Shown: positions 34,330 to 43,658 of the stretch, one piece after another
Position numbering within the stretch: the stretch's first letter is position 1
Layout: each line of letters starts with the position of its first letter
DNA from: Alphaproteobacteria bacterium
GTDB taxonomy: Bacteria > Pseudomonadota > Alphaproteobacteria > M2410
Assembly: GCA_006226415.1 (NCBI GenBank)
Contig: SBGZ01000054.1
Span: forward strand, 1,554 to 65,553
DNA length: 64,000 nucleotides
Direction: 5' to 3'
Program-made: the position numbers and the translations under genes
The notes under the pieces: model-generated
Databases searched by the model: none
Told to the model about the DNA's origin: nothing
What the model saw: only the letters and a program-made list of their open reading frames with translations

Positions 34330-35616
34330 ATGAACGTCGCACTTTCAGACGTCTCGACGATCGATGACAGCATCATAGATGCGGTATATGCGGAGCCGCT
34401 GGAAACTTTCAATCCGGCACAATCGGCAAATTTTCAGAACAATACCATGTGGCCCTATTTTGAGCGGCTGCGCAAAGAGGCACCAGTTCACTACACACCC
34501 GACAGCGACTTTGGCCCCTATTGGTCCATCACCAAGTTCAACGACATCGTTGCCATTGATACCAACCACAAGGACTTTTCATCCGAGCCAGGAATTGCCC
34601 TGGCGCTGAAAGATACGCCGACTTTTGATGAGGCAAATGCTTCCGGTCCGCCGCCCATGTTCATTGCCATGGACCCGCCCAAGCACGACGTTCAGCGCAA
34701 GACCGTGAGCCCTGTCGTGGCGCCTGCCCATTTGGCGGAACTCTCGCCGCTGATCCGGGAGCGGGCGGGCAAAATTCTTGACAATCTGCCGATCGGGGAG
34801 GAATTTGACTGGGTCGATCTGGTCTCCAAGGAACTCACCGGCATGACCCTGGCGACCCTCTTTGGCATTCCGCTCGAAGACCACCGCCGTCTGCTCCATT
34901 GGTCAGACGTGGTGACAGCGGTTCCAGGTCACGGCCTGATCGACAGCTTTGAGCAGAAGTTTGAAATCTTCCAGGAGTATCGCCAATACTTCCTGGATCA
35001 ATGGGCGACCCGCAAAGCACAAGAGCCCATGGGCAACCTGGTGTCCATGCTGGCCCATGGCGCTCACACCAAAGACATGGAGCCGCGCGAATATTTCGGC
35101 AATGTCATCCTGCTGACGGTTGGCGGCAATGATACAACGCGGAATTCCATTTCCGGTTCGGTCCTGGCGCTGAACCAGAACCCGGACCAATACAACAAGC
35201 TGCGCGCCGACCCGGGCCTCATTCCTTCCATGGTTTCTGAGACCATTCGCTGGCAAACACCGCTCGCGCATATGAAGCGCCGCGCGACCCGCGACATTGA
35301 CTTCCAGGGTCAGACCATCAAAAAGGATGACAATGTGGTCATGTGGTATGTCTCGGGCAACCGCGATGAGGAAGTTGTGGATCGCCCCAATGAGTACATC
35401 ATTGATCGCGAGCGTCCGCGCCACCACATTTCCTTCGGCTTTGGTATTCACCGCTGCGTCGGCAATCGTTTGGCGGAATTGCAGCTCACCATCATCTGGG
35501 AAGAAATCATGAAACGCTTCCCGGAGATCGTTGTGGTCTCCGAGCCGAAGCGGACCTTCTCATGTTTTGTGAAGGGTTATGAATCCATGAATGTGGTGAT
35601 CCCCAAGCGCAACTAG
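34330..35616 (+). CDS. Cytochrome P450, CYP153-like
   Basis: Heme loop FGFGIHRCVGNRLAE, EXXR motif (SETIRW), and MFIAMDPPKHDVQRKTVSPVVAP typical of CYP153 terminal hydroxylases. No ferredoxin or reductase is adjacent. Confidence 0.9.
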   Translation: MNVALSDVSTIDDSIIDAVYAEPLETFNPAQSANFQNNTMWPYFERLRKEAPVHYTPDSDFGPYWSITKFNDIVAIDTNHKDFSSEPGIALALKDTPTFDEANASGPPPMFIAMDPPKHDVQRKTVSPVVAPAHLAELSPLIRERAGKILDNLPIGEEFDWVDLVSKELTGMTLATLFGIPLEDHRRLLHWSDVVTAVPGHGLIDSFEQKFEIFQEYRQYFLDQWATRKAQEPMGNLVSMLAHGAHTKDMEPREYFGNVILLTVGGNDTTRNSISGSVLALNQNPDQYNKLRADPGLIPSMVSETIRWQTPLAHMKRRATRDIDFQGQTIKKDDNVVMWYVSGNRDEEVVDRPNEYIIDRERPRHHISFGFGIHRCVGNRLAELQLTIIWEEIMKRFPEIVVVSEPKRTFSCFVKGYESMNVVIPKRN

Positions 35617-35653
35617 GCGCTTATCAACCCTTTCCGGAAATTGAAATCGCCCG

Positions 35654-35941
35654 CTATTTGTGGGCGATTTCTTTATCCGTAAAGAGGTAATCCCGCAGCT
35701 CTTTGTCGAAGGCAGGGTCTTTACGCCGGATCCATTCGAGCACCATGGCCGCATGTTCCTTTTCTTCATCGCGGTTATGAGCCAGGATGGCGGCCAGATC
35801 CTTATCCTTACAGGCATCAACCCGTTGTTGATACCAGTCGACGGCTTCCAGCTCCTCCATCAGCGAAACAATGGCGCGGTGCATATCCCGTGTTTCATCA
35901 GAGAGTTCTTCGATGGGTTCGTGATAACCTTCATTTGCCAT
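35654..35941 (-). CDS. EncFtn-like ferritin-like protein (no targeting peptide, no adjacent encapsulin)
   Basis: 95 aa. HRAIVSLMEELEAVDWYQQRVDA ... LAAILAHNRDEEKEHAAMVLEWIRR closely matches remembered Rhodospirillum rubrum EncFtn. The protein ends shortly after YLFTDKEIAHK. Confidence 0.75.
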   Translation of the reverse strand: MANEGYHEPIEELSDETRDMHRAIVSLMEELEAVDWYQQRVDACKDKDLAAILAHNRDEEKEHAAMVLEWIRRKDPAFDKELRDYLFTDKEIAHK

Positions 35942-36081
35942 GGGGGTAGGTGCTCCTTCGTTGATCTGGAAAGCCGGAGATTGCGTGCCGGCAAGTTGCT
36001 GCCAAGTCTAGTGAGAATAGGTAAAGTGTAAAGAGATTCGCGGGGCGGCAGGACCCCATGTAATACCCAGAGGAGCAAGAA

Positions 36082-37554
36082 GTGGCGGAGACTTCACCAG
36101 CATCAGATGAACGCGCACCCCATCAGAACATCGGGTTGGCGACGGGTCCGATCGCGGCAGGCCTCGCCTTGTTATTCTTCTGGCCGGCGGATTTGCCCGC
36201 CGTCGGAACTTATACTGCCGCGATCGCCCTTTGCATGGCGATCTGGTGGGCCACAGAGGCGGTGCCTGTGCCGGTAACCGGGTTCTTGCCCATTGTGCTC
36301 TATCCGCTCTTTGGCATTCAATCGATCAAGGAAACTTTGTCGACTTCCTATGCTCACCCCACGGTTTATCTCTTCCTCGGCGGATTTATCATGGCGCTCG
36401 CTATTGAGCGCTCCGGCCTCCATTTGCGTTTGGCGCTTAACATCTTTCGCCGGGTTGGCGTGCACGGAAGGTCCCTCATAGGGGGTTTCATGGTGGTCGC
36501 GGCGCTGCTCAGCATGTGGATCTCCAACACCTCCACCACCATGATGCTTCTGCCCATTACGGCTTCCATCATCTTTGTCATGCGCGAATCCATGAAGGAA
36601 TTGCCTGCCAATGACATGAAGAATTTTGAAATGGCGCTGCTCCTTGGGCTCGCCTATGGCGCCACGCTGGGCGGTATCGCCACGCTTGTTGGCACGCCGC
36701 CCAATGTTTTCATGGCAGGTTTTATGTCCGAGACCTATAGCGTGGACGTAAGTTTTGCAAAGTGGATGCTCATCGGCATTCCCATTACGGTGGTTATGTT
36801 GCCCATCACATGGGCGCTTTTGACCCATGTGCTCTTCCCGGTAAATTTTAAAGCCTCGACGGAACTAAAGGCGCATATCGAGGATCTGCGACTGGGGCTT
36901 GGGTCCATGCGGGCGGCGGAAAAACGGGTTGGCCTGCTCTTTGTTTTGCTCGTCGGTGGCTGGATCTTGCGCAAACCCTTGATCGCCTGGACCGGCCTGA
37001 CGGGTCTGACCGATGCCGGTATCGCCATGACAGCGGCCGTGGCCGCTTTTATCATCCCGTCAGGCAAAAAAGGGGAGGCGCTCTTGACCTGGGAGGATAC
37101 CGCGCGTTTGCCCTGGGGTGTGCTCATCCTGTTCGGCGGCGGGCTGGCGCTGGCTGGCGGCATGTCCACCTCCGGGCTTACCTTATTCCTGGGTCAGCAA
37201 TTGGCGCCGCTGGGGCAGATCCACATCGCGGTGCTGGTCCTTGCCTCCGTGGTGCTGGTGATATTTCTGACAGAGCTCACCTCCAATCTTGCCACCACCG
37301 CGACCATCCTGCCGGTTATGGGCGCCATTGCCGTGCAAACCGGTCAGGATCCGCTGCTTTTCACCATCCCGGTCACTTTGGCCGCCAGCTGCGCCTTCAT
37401 GTTACCGGTGGCGACCCCGCCCAACGCCATTGTCTTTTCCTCTGGCGGTTTAACGATCCCGCAAATGATGCGGGCAGGGGTCTGGCTCAATCTGATCGGC
37501 GTCTTGATCCTCTCTTTGGTGACCCTAAAACTTGTCCCGATGGTTTTCGGATAG
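36082..37554 (+). CDS. DASS/SLC13-family anion:sodium symporter
   Basis: 490-aa polytopic protein with a GTG start after AGAGGAG. SNTSTT and TSNLATT hairpin-tip motifs are characteristic of DASS transporters. Confidence 0.85.
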   Translation: MAETSPASDERAPHQNIGLATGPIAAGLALLFFWPADLPAVGTYTAAIALCMAIWWATEAVPVPVTGFLPIVLYPLFGIQSIKETLSTSYAHPTVYLFLGGFIMALAIERSGLHLRLALNIFRRVGVHGRSLIGGFMVVAALLSMWISNTSTTMMLLPITASIIFVMRESMKELPANDMKNFEMALLLGLAYGATLGGIATLVGTPPNVFMAGFMSETYSVDVSFAKWMLIGIPITVVMLPITWALLTHVLFPVNFKASTELKAHIEDLRLGLGSMRAAEKRVGLLFVLLVGGWILRKPLIAWTGLTGLTDAGIAMTAAVAAFIIPSGKKGEALLTWEDTARLPWGVLILFGGGLALAGGMSTSGLTLFLGQQLAPLGQIHIAVLVLASVVLVIFLTELTSNLATTATILPVMGAIAVQTGQDPLLFTIPVTLAASCAFMLPVATPPNAIVFSSGGLTIPQMMRAGVWLNLIGVLILSLVTLKLVPMVFG

Positions 37555-37627
37555 AAGAATGAGGCAAAGCACGCTTGCCAGACGCCTGGCTCCGAGGGAT
37601 GCTAGAAAAAATAAAACATCATGAAGG

Positions 37628-40600
37628 ATGAAAGCCTCAATGGCGCGCCATCAAAAGAATAGGATCTGGGCGCTTGTTCCGATTAAGCCGTTTGAAGCGG
37701 CCAAAGGACGTTTGCGCGAGGCTTTGCCTGTCACCGAGCGCAGAGCGCTTGCTGAGGCCATGGCCCGCGATGTTTTGGCGGCCTTGCGCGGTGCTTCGAG
37801 GGTCGAAGGCATATTGCTTGTCTCGCGCGGCATCGAAGCCAAGTCGCTCGCTGAGAAATTCGGCGCTGAGCTCTGGGAAGAGGTCGAAGGAGCGGACCTG
37901 AACGGGGCCTTGCGCGAAGGGCTTGAGGTTCTCAAAACCAAAGGGGTTGATCGCGCGCTCATTCTGCCTGGAGATCTGCCTTTCATCACCGCGCAAGCGG
38001 TTGACGCGCTGATCGACAAGGCACCCAAGGCCGCTCTGGTTGCTTCTCACGATGGCGACGGCACCAATGCCTTGCTGCTGGATTTGAATGCACCTTTTGT
38101 GCCTGAGTTTGGCCCCGGCAGCTTTTTTCGTCACCGGGCGGTGCTTGGCGAAGAGGCGGTGGCAGAAAGCAAAGCTCTGGCCTTCGATCTCGACACCGCC
38201 ACTGATCTTGAAGCCTCAATCGCCAGATTTTCTCGTCTGCCGGAGAAGGGGCGCACGCGCGCATTTATCGGCGATCATTTGCGCCTCAGTGAAGCGGCAG
38301 CTCATAAGCTGGCAGAGCGGGAAAGCCTGGACGCGCTCATGACCCGCGCGGCCGAGAAACGCGACCGCTCATTTGGGGATACGCTCACCTATTCGCGCAA
38401 GGTCTTCATTCCGCTCACCCAGCTCTGCCGGGATGTTTGCCACTATTGTACTTTCGCAAAAACCCCTCGATCTCTCGCCAACCCGTTTCTGACGGTAGAT
38501 GAGTGCATTGCAATTGCAAAAGAAGGCGCGGCCCTTGGCTGCGAAGAGGCGCTCTTCACCCTCGGAGAAAAACCGGAGCTACGATATCAGGCCGCCCGTG
38601 AGGCTCTGCAGGCCATGGGCTTTGCCTCTACAACGGATTATCTCGCCCATGTGGCCCGCCGTGTCTTCGAGGAGACCGGACTCTTGCCTCACGTTAATCC
38701 CGGCTGCATGGATGAAAGTGAAATTGAAAAGCTGCGTCAGGTCGCCCCTTCCATGGGGTTGATGCTCGAAAGTGCTTCGGACCGTTTGTGCGAAAAAGGC
38801 ATGCCGCACTATGGATCGCCCGACAAGGTGCCGGCCTTGCGCCTTGCCACCCTCGAAAGGGCGGGGGCGGCAAAGGTCCCCTTCACCAGCGGCATCCTGA
38901 TTGGCATTGGCGAGACAAGGGCTGAGCGCGTCGACGCCCTCTTGAAGCTGCGCGATCTTCATGAGGCCCATGGGCATCTGCAGGAAGTGATCGTGCAGAA
39001 CTTCAAACCCAAGCCCGACACGAAAATGGCAGGCGTGCCCGAGCCTGATCTGAAGGAGCTGCTCTGGTCCATCGCCATGGCGCGGCTCATATTGCCCGGG
39101 GATGTGTCTGTTCAGGCGCCGCCCAACCTGTCTCCCGGGGATCTCAAGCAGCTCGTTGCCGCCGGTATCAACGATTGGGGCGGCGTTTCACCGCTCACTC
39201 CCGATCACGTCAACCCGGAAGCCCCTTGGCCGCATCTGGACGATCTGGCGCGCCTCAGCGCCGAGGCGGGCAAAGCCCTTGCCGGACGCCTGACGGTCTA
39301 TCCGAAATATGTAAAGTCGAGCGTGGTTTGGACGGACCCGAACTTTCACAAAGCGCTTCTGCAAAAAAGCGATGGCGAGGGCCTGGCGCGCCATGAGGGG
39401 TGGACGCCGGGCGGAGAGGCGTTGCCCAGTCTCGAGCTGCCTGCGATCTCCACCACCCACCGACTGACAAGGAGTTTGGAGCGCCTGAGCTCAGGTGACG
39501 AGTTGAGTGAAGGTGAGGTGGCCGAGCTCTTTACGGCCAGAGGCAGCGCGCTCGCCGATGTCGTGAGCGCCGCTGACGCGCTCCGGCAGGCGCAGGTGGG
39601 CGACACTGTCACCTATGTGGTCAACCGCAATATCAATTACACCAACATCTGCAGCTTCGGCTGCACCTTCTGTGCCTTCTCCAAAGGCAAAACCAACGAG
39701 ACACTGCGCGGCACGCCTTATGATATTGGCCTGGCGGAAACCACCCGCCGCGCCGAGGAAGCCTGGGCGCGCGGGGCAACGGAGGTTTGTCTGCAGGGCG
39801 GCATCCATCCGGCCTATACCGGCACGACCTATCTGGAGATCTGCCGGGCGATCAAGTCGGCACTGCCGCAGATGCACATTCATGCTTTTTCGGCGCTTGA
39901 GGTTTCTCAAGGCGCTGAGACGTTAGGCCTTTCGGTCCCGGCCTTTTTGGAGCAGCTCAAGGATGCCGGGCTCGACACCATGCCCGGCACAGCAGCGGAA
40001 GTATTGGACGACCGGGTTCGCACACGCATCTGCCCTGACAAGCTCACCAGCGACAATTGGATGAGCGTGATTGGTGCCGCTCACGCCGCGGGCATCAACA
40101 CCACCGCGACCATCATGTTTGGCCACATCGATTCCTATGCCCATTGGGCGCGGCATCTCGTGCTTCTGAGAAATCTTCAGGAAGACAGTCTCGCTGAGGG
40201 AAGGGGGTGCTTCACCGAATTTGTGCCGCTGCCCTTTGTTCATATGGAAGCCCCCATGTATCTAAAGTCCGGCGCGCGCAAAGGCCCGACCTTCCGTGAG
40301 ACGGTGCTTATGCATGGCATCGCAAGGCTGGTACTTGGCAAGACCTTCACCAACATTCAGGCAAGCTGGACCAAACTGGGCCGCGGCGGCGTGGCGCAAG
40401 TCCTTCGCGCCGGCGTCAATGATCTGGGGGGCACCTTGATGAATGAATCCATTTCCCGCGCCGCCGGGTCCACCCACGGCCAGGAGATGCCGCCGGAGGC
40501 CATGGAGGAACTCATCCGCGCCTGTGATCGCAGCCCGCGCCAACGCACAACCCTTTATGGCCCCGTGTCTGACACGCGCAAAAAGGCAGGCCGAAATGCC

Positions 40601-40672
40601 CCGCCGCTGCAGGAGGTCCAGCTGGAGCGGGTGGACCGTAAACCCCTGGCGGGTATCGCCGCCGCCGAATAA
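37628..40672 (+). CDS. fbiC: CofC(FbiD)-CofG-CofH triple fusion: phospho-lactate/PEP guanylyltransferase domain + FO synthase (FbiC)
   Basis: 1014-aa uninterrupted ORF. N-terminal roughly 215 aa: IWALVPIKPFEAAKGRLREALPVTERRALAEAMARDVLAAL (CofC pattern). Two radical-SAM sites follow: CRDVCHYCTF (CofG half) and CSFGCTFCAF (CofH half). Confidence 0.85.
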   Translation: MKASMARHQKNRIWALVPIKPFEAAKGRLREALPVTERRALAEAMARDVLAALRGASRVEGILLVSRGIEAKSLAEKFGAELWEEVEGADLNGALREGLEVLKTKGVDRALILPGDLPFITAQAVDALIDKAPKAALVASHDGDGTNALLLDLNAPFVPEFGPGSFFRHRAVLGEEAVAESKALAFDLDTATDLEASIARFSRLPEKGRTRAFIGDHLRLSEAAAHKLAERESLDALMTRAAEKRDRSFGDTLTYSRKVFIPLTQLCRDVCHYCTFAKTPRSLANPFLTVDECIAIAKEGAALGCEEALFTLGEKPELRYQAAREALQAMGFASTTDYLAHVARRVFEETGLLPHVNPGCMDESEIEKLRQVAPSMGLMLESASDRLCEKGMPHYGSPDKVPALRLATLERAGAAKVPFTSGILIGIGETRAERVDALLKLRDLHEAHGHLQEVIVQNFKPKPDTKMAGVPEPDLKELLWSIAMARLILPGDVSVQAPPNLSPGDLKQLVAAGINDWGGVSPLTPDHVNPEAPWPHLDDLARLSAEAGKALAGRLTVYPKYVKSSVVWTDPNFHKALLQKSDGEGLARHEGWTPGGEALPSLELPAISTTHRLTRSLERLSSGDELSEGEVAELFTARGSALADVVSAADALRQAQVGDTVTYVVNRNINYTNICSFGCTFCAFSKGKTNETLRGTPYDIGLAETTRRAEEAWARGATEVCLQGGIHPAYTGTTYLEICRAIKSALPQMHIHAFSALEVSQGAETLGLSVPAFLEQLKDAGLDTMPGTAAEVLDDRVRTRICPDKLTSDNWMSVIGAAHAAGINTTATIMFGHIDSYAHWARHLVLLRNLQEDSLAEGRGCFTEFVPLPFVHMEAPMYLKSGARKGPTFRETVLMHGIARLVLGKTFTNIQASWTKLGRGGVAQVLRAGVNDLGGTLMNESISRAAGSTHGQEMPPEAMEELIRACDRSPRQRTTLYGPVSDTRKKAGRNAPPLQEVQLERVDRKPLAGIAAAE

Positions 40673-40730
40673 GGAAAAGAGATGCGCGGCATCTGCCAAG
40701 CGACTACCATAAGCCCCAGGAGGAAAGCCG

Positions 40731-41594
40731 ATGATCAATGTGACACCCTCAAGGGAGGCCTGCGGCGCGGAAGTAACTGGCGTCGATTTTTCAAAACCAG
40801 TGGACCCCCAAACCATGGACGCCATTCGCAAGGCATGGATTGACCACAAGGTTTTGGCTTTTCCGGACCAGAATTTGAGCGACGCGGATCTGGAACGGGT
40901 CACCTTGCTTTTCGGCAGTTTTGGGGCCGAGCCCTATTTTGAAACCATCGAGGGCAGCGAGCACGTGGTCAATTTGTGCCGCCGTGCTGAGGAAACCGCG
41001 CCGGTTTTCGCCGAGGCCTGGCACAGCGACTGGAGCTTTCAGGAAGACCCACCCATCGGGACCTGCCTCTACAGCCTGGTCATTCCACCTGTTGGGGGCA
41101 ACACCGGTTTTGCCAATCAGGAACTCGCCCTTGAAAGAATGCCGCCGGATCTGCGCGCCCGTCTCGAAGGCAAGATCGCGCTGCACTCCGCCGCCGCGGC
41201 TTATGCGCCGGAAGGGGTCTATGGTGAGGCGGACAAAGAAACCGACCGCTCGTTGAAGATCGTTTATTCAGAGACCGCACGGGAGGTTTTCCCCCATCCC
41301 TTTATTGTCACCCATCCGGAATCCGGCAAGGAGACACTTTTCGGCTGCGCCGGATACATCATGGGGGTTGAAGGTATGGCGGAAGACGAAGCGCGAAGCC
41401 TCATCATGGATCTTTATGCCTGGCAGACCCGGGAAGAGTTTCAATACACCCACAAATGGCGCGAAAACATGTTGGTCATCTGGGACAATCGCGCGGTTCT
41501 TCATCGCGCCTATGGCGGCTATGACGGATATGATCGCGAGTTGCATCGCACCACCGTGCGCGGTAATCCGGAATTGTTTCTAAAGGTCAGTTGA
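40731..41594 (+). CDS. TauD/TfdA-family Fe(II)/2-oxoglutarate dioxygenase
   Basis: 287 aa. WHSDWSF (HxD), a late His in the VLHRA context, and R near the C-terminus. Confidence 0.85.
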   Translation: MINVTPSREACGAEVTGVDFSKPVDPQTMDAIRKAWIDHKVLAFPDQNLSDADLERVTLLFGSFGAEPYFETIEGSEHVVNLCRRAEETAPVFAEAWHSDWSFQEDPPIGTCLYSLVIPPVGGNTGFANQELALERMPPDLRARLEGKIALHSAAAAYAPEGVYGEADKETDRSLKIVYSETAREVFPHPFIVTHPESGKETLFGCAGYIMGVEGMAEDEARSLIMDLYAWQTREEFQYTHKWRENMLVIWDNRAVLHRAYGGYDGYDRELHRTTVRGNPELFLKVS

Positions 41595-41606
41595 GCTTCA
41601 AACAAG

Positions 41607-41640
41607 ACAGCCTGCGGTCCCAGAAGAGACCACAGGCTGT
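41607..41640. other. Hairpin between convergent genes
   Basis: acagcctgcggtc pairs with gaccacaggctgt: 13 bp with one mismatch and an 8-nt loop. No U-tract. Confidence 0.4.
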
Positions 41641-41686
41641 AGCTGTCGCGATTGCTAGAAGGGGGAGGCAATCACAACAGAGGGCG

Positions 41687-42511
41687 TTAGAAGTGGATGC
41701 GGTAGCCAATCTCGAGAATTGAGCCCGCAGTCTCGATATCGAGTGTTGCCGGGAACAACGAGGTTTGAACCTCTACATCATTGGCGCGTCGATATTTGTA
41801 AGCGCCGTAAATAGCGCTGCTTTCAGAAACACCGTAGCTGAGACCGCCAATCAGCTGGTAGGCAAAGACCGTGTCGTCATCGGACACAATGCCAACGCCG
41901 CTTGGCTTAAAACTCACGTCCACTTTCGACCAGCCAATCCCGAGCCCAAGATAGGGTGTGAGCGCCCCTTCCATGGGAAAATCATAAAGACCGTTGACGA
42001 AAAATGAGGTGGCGGAAATGTCGCCGCGCCCGCTGGCGACAACTTCGGCAACGCTCGCGCCAATATTAGAGGCGCCGCTGATCAAGACGGCTGCATCTTC
42101 GTCTGCCAATTCAATGCCGGCAGCTTTTACACCTCTGTGGGTGTCGACGTCATGGCTTTGGTAGGAAAGCTCCAGCTCAATCCGGAGCTGATCCCCATAG
42201 CGGTGCCCCAATCCGGCGGAGAAAACCGCGCCATTGTCGAAATCGGTCTTCCAGCCAACCGGCGTTCCCTCCGGCAAAAAGGTATCAAGCGGAATGGTCG
42301 TGCCTTCACCGGTCAGAAAGTCACTCGAAAAAGCACCCCTATTGTCGGAATCTGAAAGCATGCCGAGACCAATAGAGCCAAAGACGTATTTGTCTTGAGC
42401 TTGCGCCGCAGGACTGACGAAGAGTGCGCCCAAGGCGGCCGCGCCAATAATTGTCGTAAATTTATACTTCAAGGGATAGCCCTCCATTTGTGTGAACTTG
42501 TAGGGATTCAT
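41687..42511 (-). CDS. Outer-membrane beta-barrel protein (Omp25/31-like porin family)
   Basis: 274 aa with a signal peptide ending AQA. Blocks YVFGSIGLGM and YLGLGIGWS. Terminal GYRIHF. Confidence 0.7.
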   Translation of the reverse strand: MNPYKFTQMEGYPLKYKFTTIIGAAALGALFVSPAAQAQDKYVFGSIGLGMLSDSDNRGAFSSDFLTGEGTTIPLDTFLPEGTPVGWKTDFDNGAVFSAGLGHRYGDQLRIELELSYQSHDVDTHRGVKAAGIELADEDAAVLISGASNIGASVAEVVASGRGDISATSFFVNGLYDFPMEGALTPYLGLGIGWSKVDVSFKPSGVGIVSDDDTVFAYQLIGGLSYGVSESSAIYGAYKYRRANDVEVQTSLFPATLDIETAGSILEIGYRIHF

Positions 42512-42552
42512 ACGTAGACGGAGGAATAATGGATCAGGAAATTAATGTGACG

Positions 42553-42987
42553 TCAGACACACTTTTTGATGAGGCGGATCAAAGGTCCGACAACGGGAAA
42601 TCGCTCGTAAAACTGAGAGGCTGCATCCCAGTGATCGATATGTGAGATCGCCAGCCCGTCTTCATTAAAGGTGACAAGGGAGGTGCCCTCAAAGGTAAGA
42701 GGTTTTGAGGACTTCGGCGCCGTGTCATACATAATCCAGGTAAGAAACCCAGTGTTCTCGGAGCGGGTAAGGAAGCCGAAGTCCGTCACCTCCAGGCGAA
42801 TGCCAGGAAGTTTTTCAAACATTCGCTTGAAGATCTGGATCATTTCACCGCGTGTTTGGTGATGATTGAACGGGTCTTTGAACTCGATATCCTCGGCAGT
42901 AATTTCGGTGAGGTGGTCAACCGTATCGCCTCTCAGCGTCTCCATCACGTCCCCATAGTGCTTCAGATGATTAAGAAGATCATTCAT
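42553..42987 (-). CDS. SnoaL/NTF2-like protein
   Basis: 144 aa from the ATG at 42987, which forms an ATGA overlap with the upstream stop. The cone-like alpha+beta pattern is typical of SnoaL-like proteins found in RpoE-ChrR clusters. Confidence 0.6.
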   Translation of the reverse strand: MNDLLNHLKHYGDVMETLRGDTVDHLTEITAEDIEFKDPFNHHQTRGEMIQIFKRMFEKLPGIRLEVTDFGFLTRSENTGFLTWIMYDTAPKSSKPLTFEGTSLVTFNEDGLAISHIDHWDAASQFYERFPVVGPLIRLIKKCV

Positions 42988-43658
42988 GAGGAAACAGCAC
43001 CTTCCAGTGACGGCGGGCGGCAATTGCTGCAGATGAGCTCAATCGGTGTGCCGCGCTTGTCCAAAAAGGCCAGCTTGAGCCAGCGACCTTGCTGGTCATA
43101 CCACGACGTAAACTGAAGTTCTCCGGAGACATCAAAGCGTTGCGCGGGCACATGATCGCCGATCTGGTCAAACCAGAGCTGATCTTGTGAGGTCGCGATC
43201 TCAATTCGGTTATGCCGTCCGGTAAGCGTGTTAAACAGCTGGTTTTTATCGAGCGCGGCAATGTTCCAGTGATTGGTCGCATAGCCGGGCCGCTCGGCAT
43301 GGGTTTCGCCTTTTTGGCCATTCTCGTTGACCGTTGAACGGATCGACATCAATTGATCCGCGCACCAGACCTCGCGGGACTGATAGTCATAAGAATATAC
43401 CGGGACAAAAAGGATCGAGACGTCGATCTGGGTGCGAACGTCAACGGCGAGCGTGGAGCCTTGGGTGTCGAAGCGCACCTCATGGGCGCCAATAGATTGA
43501 CCCTTCCGGACGATGTCAAATTTCAGATGAGGCGTCCCGTAAAGATCGATGGGGTCAAGGGCGCGCGCGCCATTGCAAGCGGCAGGCTCTGCCCGGGCCA
43601 GGCCCGGCGACAAGGCAAGCACGACAAAAAGGGACAGGAGGCGTTTCATGACGATCAA
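42984..43658 (-). CDS. Periplasmic hypothetical protein
   Basis: 224 aa with signal peptide LSLFVVLALSPGLARA. 4-nt overlap with chrR. Beta-rich. Confidence 0.5.
   Translation of the reverse strand: MIVMKRLLSLFVVLALSPGLARAEPAACNGARALDPIDLYGTPHLKFDIVRKGQSIGAHEVRFDTQGSTLAVDVRTQIDVSILFVPVYSYDYQSREVWCADQLMSIRSTVNENGQKGETHAERPGYATNHWNIAALDKNQLFNTLTGRHNRIEIATSQDQLWFDQIGDHVPAQRFDVSGELQFTSWYDQQGRWLKLAFLDKRGTPIELICSNCRPPSLEGAVSS

Noticed and set aside
35617-36081. Search for an encapsulin shell gene or ferredoxin next to the EncFtn-like and P450 genes
   Set aside because: No ORF of suitable size or pattern exists in the flanks. The neighbouring ORFs 35560..35820 and 35660..36031 are overlapping shadows of the EncFtn gene.
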